Source: Syntrophomonas sp. (lineage in GTDB: Bacteria > Bacillota > Syntrophomonadia > Syntrophomonadales > Syntrophomonadaceae). From it: a DNA stretch of 47,854 bases. The notes beneath the pieces were generated by a model that ran no database searches, was not told where the DNA came from, and saw nothing but the letters and a program-made list of their open reading frames with translations. The stretch lies in NCBI GenBank assembly GCA_003558625.1, contig PWPP01000007.1, positions 1-47,854 on the forward strand, in the 5' to 3' direction. Shown in pieces: positions 37,000 to 45,654 of this stretch (position 1 is its first letter; the number at the start of each line of letters is the position of its first letter). Position numbers and translations under genes: made by a program.

Positions 37000-37033
37000 T
37001 TTACGCTCCTTGGGGGCGCTAAAGGGTTTTTTT
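36998..37033 (+). terminator. Leader intrinsic terminator upstream of the glutamate synthase operon
   Basis: CCTTTACGCTCC / GGGGCG(C)TAAAGG forms about a 12-bp stem with one bulge and a TTG loop. T7 follows (37027-37033), 30 nt before the GTG at 37064. Confidence 0.65.
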
Positions 37034-37063
37034 GTGCCGTAATGTCCGAAAGGGGTGGGCTGA

Positions 37064-38209
37064 GTGTTGAGGGAAGGAAAAATAAGGATCCCCTCGGGTT
37101 GTGCTGTCAGCGGCATTATCAATCGGAAAGGACAAGTCTTTTCCGGGATAGATATTGTAGATTCTATAGCCAATATGCGAGAACGGTCCAATGGGTTGGG
37201 AGGCGGTTTTGCCGCTTATGGAATATACCCGGAATATCGTGATTGTTATGCCATGCATATTTTTTATGATGATATTAAAGCCAAAGAAGACACGGATTAT
37301 TATATAAACCGTAATTTTGAAGTAAATTTATCGGAACGGATTCCGGTGCGGAAGGTGAAAGTGATTGAAAACCAGCCAATTATCTGGAGGTATTTCTTAA
37401 GCCCTATTCCCCGAAGGATTGAAGATGTGGGAGGGGATGAAGATGAATTTATGGCCCAATTTGTGATGCAGATAAACGCCATGATAGAAGGAGCCTTTGT
37501 TGCTTCCAGCGGAAAAAACATGGGGGCCTTTAAAGGAGTCGGGTATCCGGAAGACATTGGGGAATTTTACCGGCTGGATGAGTACAAAGCCTACTTATGG
37601 ACTGCCCACGGGCGTTTCCCCACCAATACCCCGGGCTGGTGGGGTGGAGCACATCCCTTTACCCTGCTGGATTGGTCTGTGGTGCATAATGGAGAAATTT
37701 CCTCTTATGACACCAACCGCAGGTTTGTAGAAATGTATGATTACAAGTGCACTTTGCAAACGGATACCGAAGTCATTATTTACCTGTTTGATTTACTCCT
37801 GCGCAAAATCGGATTATCCCTGGAAGAAGCGGTATCAGTAGTAGCAGCACCTTTCTGGGAAGACCTCGACGATCTTGGCCCGCTTAAGAGCCGACAGCTT
37901 AGAAACCTGCGCATTCTTTATGCCAGTGCCCTGTTAAACGGTCCATTTTCCATTATCCTGGCCAGCGGCAATGGCCTGATGGCGTTAAATGATCGCATAA
38001 AACTCCGTCCCTTGGTGGCAGCGGAAAAAGATGAATGCTTATATGTTGCCAGTGAAGAAGCAGCAATTCGGGCAGTGGCCAAAGACCTGGACCGGGTTTG
38101 GGCTCCCCGGGGAGGAGAAGCCGTAGTAGGGTTGCTGGAGGGAAAAAGTGATCTGTTGTCCGCATCCTCATCCGGTCGCAAAATTGCCGGAAAATGTTCT
38201 GGATCCTAG
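37064..38209 (+). CDS. Glutamate synthase, class II glutamine amidotransferase domain subunit (GltB N-terminal domain-like)
   Basis: 381 aa. Ntn-type catalytic Cys in [10 protein letters not shown], preceded by a 12-aa leader. [10 protein letters not shown] and HNGEISSY motifs. Confidence 0.8.
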   Translation: MLREGKIRIPSGCAVSGIINRKGQVFSGIDIVDSIANMRERSNGLGGGFAAYGIYPEYRDCYAMHIFYDDIKAKEDTDYYINRNFEVNLSERIPVRKVKVIENQPIIWRYFLSPIPRRIEDVGGDEDEFMAQFVMQINAMIEGAFVASSGKNMGAFKGVGYPEDIGEFYRLDEYKAYLWTAHGRFPTNTPGWWGGAHPFTLLDWSVVHNGEISSYDTNRRFVEMYDYKCTLQTDTEVIIYLFDLLLRKIGLSLEEAVSVVAAPFWEDLDDLGPLKSRQLRNLRILYASALLNGPFSIILASGNGLMALNDRIKLRPLVAAEKDECLYVASEEAAIRAVAKDLDRVWAPRGGEAVVGLLEGKSDLLSASSSGRKIAGKCSGS

Positions 38210-38223
38210 AGGAGGTGTAATTC

Positions 38224-39723
38224 ATGGCGATAAGTTTAAAACTGCCGGAGTTTCTGGTAGTAAGAGATAAAGAACGCTGCATAGAATGCCAGGTCTGTGT
38301 TAACCAGTGTGCCAACGAAGCCCATATATGGGATCAGGATCTAGAGCAGGTAGTCAGCAATGATGTTGCCTGTGTCAATTGCCATCGCTGTGTGGTCTAT
38401 TGTCCCACCCGGGCCTTGAGAATAGAGGAATGGAAGCAGGATTTCAAAAAGAATGCCAACTGGGATGGGATCAGTATCAAACAGACATACCTGCAGGCGG
38501 AGTCCGGGGGGACCCTCCTGATTGGAATGGGGAATGACAAAGCCTATCCCATTTACTGGGACCACCTGTTGTTAAACGCATCCCAGGTAACCAATCCTTC
38601 CATCGACCCCTTGCGGGAGCCGATTGAGTTAAGAACCTACCTGGGAAGAAAGCCGGACCTACTGAAAAATCCGTCAGCATTCCGGGAAGAATTGCCCCCC
38701 CAGCTGCAGCTTGAAGTTCCGGTGATGTTTTCGGCCATGTCCTTTGGTTCTGTCAGCCTCAATACGCATCGTTCCCTGGCTGCAGCAGCCAGTGAACTGG
38801 GAATATACTGGAATGCCGGGGAAGGAGGACTCCATGAGGATCTTTTTTCTTACAGTCCAAAGACCATTGTCCAGGTAGCCTCAGGTCGCTTCGGGATCAA
38901 TGCGAGCATGCTCAAACGGGCAGGGGGTATAGAGATAAAAATCGGTCAGGGAGCCAAGCCTGGAATTGGCGGGCACCTGCCCGGGGAAAAAGTGGAAGAA
39001 GATGTATCCCGCACTCGGAGAATTCCTTATGGATCGGATGCAATTTCTCCCGCTCCCCATCATGATATTTATTCCATAGAAGATTTACGCCAGCTTATCT
39101 ACTCCCTGAAAGAAGCTACGGCCTATGAGCGTGTGGTCGGGGTAAAAGTAGCGGCCGTGCATAACATCGCGGCCATTGCATCCGGGATTGCCCGGGCCGG
39201 AGCCGATATTATTGTTCTGGATGGGTTTAGGGGTGGAACCGGGGCCGCTCCCCTCAGAATAAGGGATAACGTAGGGCTTCCGGCAGAATTTGCCCTGGCA
39301 GCTGTAGACCAACGCCTGCGGGAAGAAGGCATCAGAAATGAAGTATCCCTGGTAATTGCTGGGGGCATAAGAAACAGCGCCGATATTATAAAAGCGATAG
39401 CCCTGGGGGCCGATGCCATTTATATAGGGACAGCCGCACTGATTGCATTGGGTTGTCACATGTGCCAGAAGTGCTATACCGGTAAATGCAACTGGGGAAT
39501 TGCCACCCAGCAGCCAGACCTGGTCCGCCGGGTAAACCCCAAAATAGGCAGGGAGCGGCTGGTTAATCTGGTTCGTTCCTGGGAACATGAAATGAAAGAG
39601 ATGCTCGGTGGTATGGGCATTAATGCCATTGAAAGCCTGAGAGGCAATCGCCTGATGTTAAGAGGTGTGGGGCTTAATGCCAAAGAACTAGAAATTCTGG
39701 GCATTAAAGCAGCCGGGGAATAG
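38224..39723 (+). CDS. Glutamate synthase FMN-binding domain subunit with an N-terminal 2x[4Fe-4S] ferredoxin module
   Basis: 499 aa. CIECQVCVNQC and CVNCHRCVVYCP, then the GltS central-domain motifs EIKIGQGAKPGIGGHLPG, SPAPHHDIYSIEDL and DGFRGGTGAAP. Confidence 0.88.
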   Translation: MAISLKLPEFLVVRDKERCIECQVCVNQCANEAHIWDQDLEQVVSNDVACVNCHRCVVYCPTRALRIEEWKQDFKKNANWDGISIKQTYLQAESGGTLLIGMGNDKAYPIYWDHLLLNASQVTNPSIDPLREPIELRTYLGRKPDLLKNPSAFREELPPQLQLEVPVMFSAMSFGSVSLNTHRSLAAAASELGIYWNAGEGGLHEDLFSYSPKTIVQVASGRFGINASMLKRAGGIEIKIGQGAKPGIGGHLPGEKVEEDVSRTRRIPYGSDAISPAPHHDIYSIEDLRQLIYSLKEATAYERVVGVKVAAVHNIAAIASGIARAGADIIVLDGFRGGTGAAPLRIRDNVGLPAEFALAAVDQRLREEGIRNEVSLVIAGGIRNSADIIKAIALGADAIYIGTAALIALGCHMCQKCYTGKCNWGIATQQPDLVRRVNPKIGRERLVNLVRSWEHEMKEMLGGMGINAIESLRGNRLMLRGVGLNAKELEILGIKAAGE

Positions 39724-39735
39724 GGGTGAAAGAAG

Positions 39736-40194
39736 ATGAAGAAAGTAGTTGCTATCAAGGAATACTGTGTGGCTTGCGGGTTATGTGAAGTATATTGTGC
39801 CACCGTTCACTCTCGTTATCCCGACAGTGTGCTGAAAGCGTTCAAACTGTCTCCCCAGAAGCCGGTCTCGCGAGTATTTCTTGAGAAATCAGAACAATGG
39901 AGTGGGGGGATCCAGTGCCGTCATTGCAAGGATGCTCCCTGTATTGCAGCCTGCATAACCGGGGCCATGTACCGGAACCGGGACGGAATTGTGCTGTTGG
40001 ATGAAGAACGGTGTGTCCAGTGTTCTACCTGCGTTATTGCCTGTCCTTATGGGCTGATTAAAGAAAGCGACATGGGGGGCAGAAAGGTGTTGTTAAAATG
40101 TGACCTTTGTTACCAGCTGGCTGAAAGCCCAACCTGTGTAACCTACTGTCCCAATGAAGCCCTGATTTGGGTAGAGGAGGGGGAAACATTATGA
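39736..40194 (+). CDS. 4Fe-4S dicluster ferredoxin-like protein
   Basis: 152 aa with four Cys clusters: CVACGLCEVYC, CRHCKDAPCIAAC, CVQCSTCVIACP and CDLC...CVTYCP. Confidence 0.85.
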   Translation: MKKVVAIKEYCVACGLCEVYCATVHSRYPDSVLKAFKLSPQKPVSRVFLEKSEQWSGGIQCRHCKDAPCIAACITGAMYRNRDGIVLLDEERCVQCSTCVIACPYGLIKESDMGGRKVLLKCDLCYQLAESPTCVTYCPNEALIWVEEGETL

Positions 40195-41447
40195 ATTATG
40201 TAATCATAGGCAATTCCACTGCGGCCATAGCAGGGGTAGAAGGAATCCGGGAAGTAGACAGCCAGGGGGAGATTGTGCTTATCTCCAGGGAAACACATCA
40301 TACCTACTCTAAACCTTTAATATCCTATTATCTGGCAGGCAAGGTCAGCCGGGAAAATATGGACTACCGGCCTGCAGACTTTTATGCCCGGAACCGGGTA
40401 AAAACCTATCTCGGACAGGAAGTCACCTCCATAAATCCGGAGACAAAAACGGTACACCTGGAACCGGAAGATGTGGATCTTTCCTATGAGCGGTTGCTGA
40501 TTGCAACGGGGGGGAGTCCAATAGTTCCCCCCGTTTTTCGGGGAGATTATCTCAACCTGCACCAGTTTTATTGCCTGGATGATGTCTTGAACTTGAGCCG
40601 TTCCTTGGAGGAGGAACGACCCCGAAAGATTGCTATTATCGGGGGAGGATTAATCGGATTGAAAGCAGCAGAAAGCATGGTCCTTAGAAAGCAACATGTC
40701 ATAGTAATTGAAGCAGGACCGTATCTTTTGGGGTCTATTATGGACCGGGAAGGAGCTGCCTTAGTCCATGAGCATCTGGTGGAGCAGGGGATTGAATTTT
40801 ACTTCTCCCGGCCGGTGATACAACTGGAAACAGGTGCCCGGGGCATAGAGGGTCTGATATTAGAAGATCATACTGTTGTTGCATGTGATATGGTGCTTCT
40901 GGCCGCTGGGGTCAGGGCTGCATACCCCCCCACGGTTGCCGGGGGTTTGAAAACGGATTTAGGGATATTGGTTGATAATTATATGCAAACCTCCATCCCC
41001 GGTATCTTTGCTGCGGGGGATGTGGCTCAGGGTTTTGATATGATGGCAGAGGTTAGTCGCCCGGTGCCCATCTTATCAGGGGCGTATCGTCAGGGGAGGA
41101 TTGCAGGATTGAACATGGCCGGGCAAAAAAAGGAGAGCAGCGGGATTATGGCTTTTAACTCCATTCCCCTGTTGGGATTAAACATTGCCACCGCCGGTTT
41201 GAGCACTGAGGTGGGCGATGATTTTACCCCTTTAAGCAAAACAGGGCCGGGAAAAATATATCAAAAATTGATCCTCAAAGAGAACCGTATACACGGATTA
41301 ATCTTTGTCGGAGATATAAGCCGGGCAGGAATGTACCGGGGTCTGATGACCAAAAAAGCAGATATCAGTTCTTACCGGCAGCACCTGCTGTCAAGCGACT
41401 TTGGCTTAAAATACCTTCCTGAGGAGTATATTGAGGAGGTGCTATAA
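40191..41447 (+). CDS. FAD/NAD(P)-dependent pyridine nucleotide-disulfide-family oxidoreductase
   Basis: MNYVIIGNSTAAIAG (dinucleotide fold 1), IAIIGGGLIGLKAAE (fold 2) and AAGDVA motifs. The ATG at 40191 overlaps the upstream stop (ATGA). Confidence 0.85.
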   Translation: MNYVIIGNSTAAIAGVEGIREVDSQGEIVLISRETHHTYSKPLISYYLAGKVSRENMDYRPADFYARNRVKTYLGQEVTSINPETKTVHLEPEDVDLSYERLLIATGGSPIVPPVFRGDYLNLHQFYCLDDVLNLSRSLEEERPRKIAIIGGGLIGLKAAESMVLRKQHVIVIEAGPYLLGSIMDREGAALVHEHLVEQGIEFYFSRPVIQLETGARGIEGLILEDHTVVACDMVLLAAGVRAAYPPTVAGGLKTDLGILVDNYMQTSIPGIFAAGDVAQGFDMMAEVSRPVPILSGAYRQGRIAGLNMAGQKKESSGIMAFNSIPLLGLNIATAGLSTEVGDDFTPLSKTGPGKIYQKLILKENRIHGLIFVGDISRAGMYRGLMTKKADISSYRQHLLSSDFGLKYLPEEYIEEVL

Positions 41448-42185
41448 ATGGAAAGCAGAATTGATGCTACAGGCAAACATTATAAAACATTAAATCAAGA
41501 GATTATCAGCGGCATGAATGGCGGCACAACAAAGCTGATCCTTGATAACGTCAACGGACAGCGCTATATTGGAGATGCCCTGGAGGGAAACCAGGAGATC
41601 ATCATTCACGGAGTTCCCGGCAATGATCTGGCAGTATTCATGAACGGTCTGCACATCACGGTTTATGGCAACATCCAGGATGGAGGGGCCAATACTATGA
41701 ATGAAGGAACCCTGGTGGTTCACGGTAGTGCAGGTGACACCCTGGGTTACGGCATGAGGGGTGGGGAAATATATATCCGGGATGATGTCGGATACCGCGC
41801 CGGGATCCATATGAAAGAGTACGGAGACGATCGCCCGATTATAGTGATCGGAGGCGGGGCTGGAAATTTCCTGGGAGAATACATGGCCGGAGGCCTGATT
41901 ATTCTTCTCAACCTGGAGGGCCGGGAAAACTGCCTGGGGAATTATACCGGCAGCGGGATGCATGGCGGAGCCATATATGTCCGAGGTGATATAGAAAAGC
42001 AGCGCAAAAAAATCAAGGCTCGGATAGTGCCCGTTCAAAATGCAGAAGCAGAAGAGCTCAATCATTATATCGGCCGCTTCAGTAAATATTTTGACCGCAA
42101 TCCGGGACCGGTCCGGCCGGAGGAATATTTCAAAATTGTGGGAACAGGTGCCAGACCTTATAAAAAGCTTTATGTCGGAGTATAA
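41448..42185 (+). CDS. Glutamate synthase GXGXG-motif domain subunit (GltB C-terminal domain-like)
   Basis: 245 aa. Repeated beta-helix motifs HGSAGDTLGYGMRGGEIYI and GGGAGNFLGEYMAGGLIILL. A GAGGAGG RBS lies upstream. Confidence 0.85.
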   Translation: MESRIDATGKHYKTLNQEIISGMNGGTTKLILDNVNGQRYIGDALEGNQEIIIHGVPGNDLAVFMNGLHITVYGNIQDGGANTMNEGTLVVHGSAGDTLGYGMRGGEIYIRDDVGYRAGIHMKEYGDDRPIIVIGGGAGNFLGEYMAGGLIILLNLEGRENCLGNYTGSGMHGGAIYVRGDIEKQRKKIKARIVPVQNAEAEELNHYIGRFSKYFDRNPGPVRPEEYFKIVGTGARPYKKLYVGV

Positions 42186-42208
42186 AAGGTAGGTTAGGAG
42201 GAGCGCTT

Positions 42209-43306
42209 ATGCAAAAGGGGTATCTGGTATTAGAAAACGGAACGGTATTTACCGGGGAATTACTGGGTTATCGGGGCGAAGCCCAAGCCGGGGAGCTTGT
42301 CTTTAATACCGGTATGAATGGATACCAGGAAGCCATGACCGATCCCTCATATGCCGGGCAAATCCTGGTATTTACTTATCCCAGCATCGGTAATTATGGG
42401 TTCGGGGATTACGGCTTTGAATCAGAAAAGCCACATCTGCAGGGCCTGGTGGTAAAAGAAAAGGCCGACTTAAACGGACATTATCAGAGCCGCTGGAATT
42501 TTGAAGAATTCATGGAGAAATACAGCCTGAATTGTTTAGCGGGAATCGATACCCGAAAGCTGACGCGGATCCTGCGCGTGGAAGGTACCATGGGAGCGGT
42601 TATCACCCATCAGCCTGAACCGTTGGATGAACTGCTGAAAAAAGCAGCCGCAGGGCGGGCCCTGATTGAAACGGATCTGGTAAGCCGGGTAAGCTGCAAA
42701 GAGACAGCCGTATATGGTGAAGGCAAGACTCGTATCGTATTATGGGATTTCGGCAGCAAGAAACACATTATTGCAGCCTTGACCCGAAGAAAATGCCAGG
42801 TGATTGCCGTTCCGGCTTCAACCGAAGCAGAAAGCATTATGGCCCTGGAGCCGGATGGGGTGGTGTTGACAAATGGTCCCGGCAATCCCGAGATATATAC
42901 CGGATTGATCCGGGAAATAAAAAAAATCATAGGCCGCGTTCCCCTTCTGGGAATCTGCATGGGTCATCAGCTTTTGGCCCTGGCCTCCGGGGCTTCTACT
43001 TTTAAAATGAAATTCGGGCACCGGGGAGCAAATCATACTGTCAAGGATTTACGCAATGGCAAATGCTTTATCACCTCTCAAAATCACAGCTTTGCTATAG
43101 AACCGGCATCCCTGGAGGGAACCGGGCTGGCAGCCAGTTTTACTAACTTAAATGACAGCACTATTGAGGGCTTGTATCACCACAGCCAACCCGCATTCTC
43201 GGTCCAGTTTCATCCCGAGGCAGCGCCGGGACCCCAGGATACCGAGTTTATATTTGATGAATTCATACACATGACCGCAAAGTTTTCTCCGGGCCCCGGC
43301 CTATAA
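42209..43306 (+). CDS. carA: Carbamoyl-phosphate synthase small (glutaminase) subunit homolog; no carB adjacent
   Basis: 365 aa. LVLENGTVFTG N-terminus, TDPSYAGQI, catalytic GICMGHQLLA and FSVQFHPEAAPGPQD. Confidence 0.88.
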   Translation: MQKGYLVLENGTVFTGELLGYRGEAQAGELVFNTGMNGYQEAMTDPSYAGQILVFTYPSIGNYGFGDYGFESEKPHLQGLVVKEKADLNGHYQSRWNFEEFMEKYSLNCLAGIDTRKLTRILRVEGTMGAVITHQPEPLDELLKKAAAGRALIETDLVSRVSCKETAVYGEGKTRIVLWDFGSKKHIIAALTRRKCQVIAVPASTEAESIMALEPDGVVLTNGPGNPEIYTGLIREIKKIIGRVPLLGICMGHQLLALASGASTFKMKFGHRGANHTVKDLRNGKCFITSQNHSFAIEPASLEGTGLAASFTNLNDSTIEGLYHHSQPAFSVQFHPEAAPGPQDTEFIFDEFIHMTAKFSPGPGL

Positions 43307-43464
43307 TCTGAATTCACGGTGTTCTTAAATAAAGGGGAAAAGGGATCGAGGGTGAAACCAGAGCAAGTTAAAGCCTATGCATAAGTATACAATATTTCTG
43401 CTCTATAGCTATTGCTGCCGGATCCATTAAGATATAAACTTAGGATATATCAAAAACATGAAGC

Positions 43465-43521
43465 AAAGGTGCTGGTTTTCGTCCCGAGGTAAGAGCGGGA
43501 GCGGGAATAGCGCCTTTTTTT
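43465..43521 (+). terminator. Putative leader terminator/attenuator upstream of glnB
   Basis: AAAGGTGCT (43465-43473) pairs with AGCGCCTTT (43509-43517), 9 bp including one G-U. This encloses an inner TCCCG/CGGGA hairpin. CGGGA occurs twice (43496-43500 and 43502-43506), which allows alternative pairing. The T-run is 43515-43521. The glnB ATG is at 43575. Confidence 0.4.
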
Positions 43522-43574
43522 GTGACATATATTAGAGCATTGGCGACCACCATCAATAAAAGGGGGAGATGAGA

Positions 43575-43913
43575 ATGAAGAAAATCGAGGCGGTCATCCG
43601 ACCAACCAAACTGGAACCGCTAAAGGAAGCCCTGGATGCCATAGATGTACGGGGCATGACGGTTTATGAGGTCATGGGGAGAGGTATGCAAAAAGGTCAG
43701 ACCCAGTATTACCGTGGTCAGGCCCATTTTAAAGACCTTTTGGAAAAAATGAAAATTGAGATTGTCTGTGCTGATGAACGGGTAGATAAAATCATCGGTA
43801 CCATTATTGAAGTATGCAAAACCGGTAAAGCCGGAGATGGGAAAATATTCATTTATCCCGTAGAAAAAATTATCCGTATCCGAACCGGGGAAAGTGGTGA
43901 TCCGGCGATTTAA
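43575..43913 (+). CDS. glnB: Nitrogen regulatory protein P-II
   Basis: 112 aa from the ATG at 43575. MKKIEAVIRP, a T-loop with conserved Tyr (QKGQTQYYRG) and GDGKIFIYPVEKIIRIRTGE. Confidence 0.93.
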   Translation: MKKIEAVIRPTKLEPLKEALDAIDVRGMTVYEVMGRGMQKGQTQYYRGQAHFKDLLEKMKIEIVCADERVDKIIGTIIEVCKTGKAGDGKIFIYPVEKIIRIRTGESGDPAI

Positions 43914-44016
43914 GGAAGTAGATGTAGAGACCGCAAACATAGGCGGGATCAAAACGAATGAAAGCACAGACTCAGACAAAAGGCAGAAAAAAGGCTTAAT
44001 TTACCCATGGAGTAAA

Positions 44017-44072
44017 GGCGCTCATAACAGGTAATGATATTTCGGTTACCTGAGGGCGGCTTTTTTGTTTTT
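44017..44072 (+). terminator. Intrinsic terminator-like hairpin between glnB and amt
   Basis: Inner 7-bp stem CAGGTAA/TTACCTG (44028-44034 / 44046-44052) and outer stem GCGCTC/GAGGGC-type pairing. T6-G-T5 follows (44061-44072), 38 nt before the amt ATG. Confidence 0.5.
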
Positions 44073-44110
44073 GGTTCCCAATGATTACACAAGGAAAAGA
44101 GGAGATAAAG

Positions 44111-45442
44111 ATGTTAGCAAGAAAAATCATCATGATTCTGGTTTTTAGTCCTCTGCTTTTGCTGATGACTCCGGGTTCTGCCTGGGCAGCCGGGGAGAAC
44201 GGAGCTATTAGCAGTGCAGATACTACGTTCATTATTATGTGTACGGCTCTGGTTTTGCTAATGACTCCGGCTCTGGCCTTCTTTTATGGCGGCATGGTAC
44301 GCAGAAAGAATGTATTAAGCATATTTATGCAGTGCCTGGTTATTATGGGAGTGGTGGCCATCCAATGGATTATTATAGGCTATTCCCTGTCTTTTGGTCC
44401 TGATATCGGGGGGGTGATCGGAAACTTAGAGTATATGGGGCTTAAAAATGTAGGTTTGGAGGCGAGTGGAACCATTCCCCACCAGCTTTTTGTAGCCTTT
44501 CAGATGATGTTTGCCATCCTGACTGCCGCCCTGATTGCCGGGGCTTTTGCTGAACGGATGCGCTTTGCGGCTTTTCTAGTTTTTGTCTTGATATGGACGA
44601 CCATCGTCTATGATCCTTTATGTCACTGGGTCTGGGGAGTTGGTGGTTGGATTGAACGCATGGGAGCCTTGGATTTTGCCGGGGGAACCGTGGTTCATAT
44701 TAGTTCCGGTATCGCCGGTTTGGTTGGAGCCATGGTTTTGGGGAAAAGAAAAGGGAAGGATAACAGCAAAGAAGGTATTGTTCCTCATAACCTGCCCCTG
44801 ACCCTTTTGGGAGCATCCTTGTTGTGGTTTGGCTGGATCGGCTTTAATGCCGGCAGTGCTCTGGCTGCAGACGGGATTGCTGTTACCGCACTTCTGGTAA
44901 CGGTAGTATGTGCCGGCAGTGCTCTTTTATCTTGGATCCTGGCGGAATGGTATCACCACGGGAAGCCCACTGCACTTGGAGCAGCCAGCGGAATTATCGC
45001 CGGCTTGGTTTGCATTACCCCGGCAGCTGGTTTTGTAACCCCCCTCAGTGCCATATTCATGGGTTTGATTGTTGGACCCATTTGTTATTACTTTGTAAGT
45101 ACGGTAAAACACAAAATTGGATATGATGATACCCTGGACGTATTCGGTATTCATGGTGTAGGCGGTATCGTAGGGGCTTTGGCAACCGGGATCTTTGCTT
45201 CCCTGGCGGTCAACCCCGATGGGGCCAATGGTCTATTGTATGGTAATCCGGGACTCCTCATTACCCAAACCCTGGCTGTAGCTGCTACCATTGTTTTTGT
45301 GGCGATCATGACGTATATCATTCTAAAAAGCATGAGTTTATTTATGTCCTTGCGGGTAACGGAAGAAGAGGAAGAAACGGGTTTGGATCTAGTTTTGCAT
45401 GGAGAAGATGCTTATTGGGATGCCAGCGGGTTTAACAGTTGA
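44111..45442 (+). CDS. amtB: Ammonium transporter (Amt family)
   Basis: About 443 aa from the ATG at 44111, which has GAGGAG 6 nt upstream. Signal-like N-terminus, then FFYGGMVR, DFAGGTVVHISSG, LLWFGWIGFNAGS and DDTLDVFGIHGVGG motifs. Confidence 0.93.
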   Translation: MLARKIIMILVFSPLLLLMTPGSAWAAGENGAISSADTTFIIMCTALVLLMTPALAFFYGGMVRRKNVLSIFMQCLVIMGVVAIQWIIIGYSLSFGPDIGGVIGNLEYMGLKNVGLEASGTIPHQLFVAFQMMFAILTAALIAGAFAERMRFAAFLVFVLIWTTIVYDPLCHWVWGVGGWIERMGALDFAGGTVVHISSGIAGLVGAMVLGKRKGKDNSKEGIVPHNLPLTLLGASLLWFGWIGFNAGSALAADGIAVTALLVTVVCAGSALLSWILAEWYHHGKPTALGAASGIIAGLVCITPAAGFVTPLSAIFMGLIVGPICYYFVSTVKHKIGYDDTLDVFGIHGVGGIVGALATGIFASLAVNPDGANGLLYGNPGLLITQTLAVAATIVFVAIMTYIILKSMSLFMSLRVTEEEEETGLDLVLHGEDAYWDASGFNS

Positions 45443-45446
45443 GCAA

Positions 45447-45488
45447 GAGGGTCGGATTTAAGGTTATTGAACCGGAAACCCGGCCCTT
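45447..45488 (+). terminator. Possible amt terminator hairpin
   Basis: GAGGGTCGG pairs with CCGGCCCTT (includes G-U pairs), enclosing a GGTT-ATTG-AACC hairpin. The tail is T/A-rich (TTATTATT) rather than a clean U-tract. Confidence 0.35.
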
Positions 45489-45654
45489 ATTATTAAATTA
45501 TGTTAGAGGAGCAACCCCCATCATACGCCAGGGCATTATGATCTAGTTGCCAACCACGGGGATCTATGCTTAAAATACAGTGAAAAGATCTTTCCAGCCC
45601 AAGTCTACCTCATCGCAAAAGGAATGAAGTTTTATAAAAAAAAGGGGAAATACC

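Noticed and set aside
39085-39803. Minus-strand ORFs (167, 98 and 109 aa) inside the glutamate synthase FMN-domain gene, and the 191-aa ORF 41490..42065 inside the GXGXG gene.
   Set aside because: They are antisense to strongly motif-supported plus-strand genes in GC-rich coding sequence, and I see no independent evidence for them.
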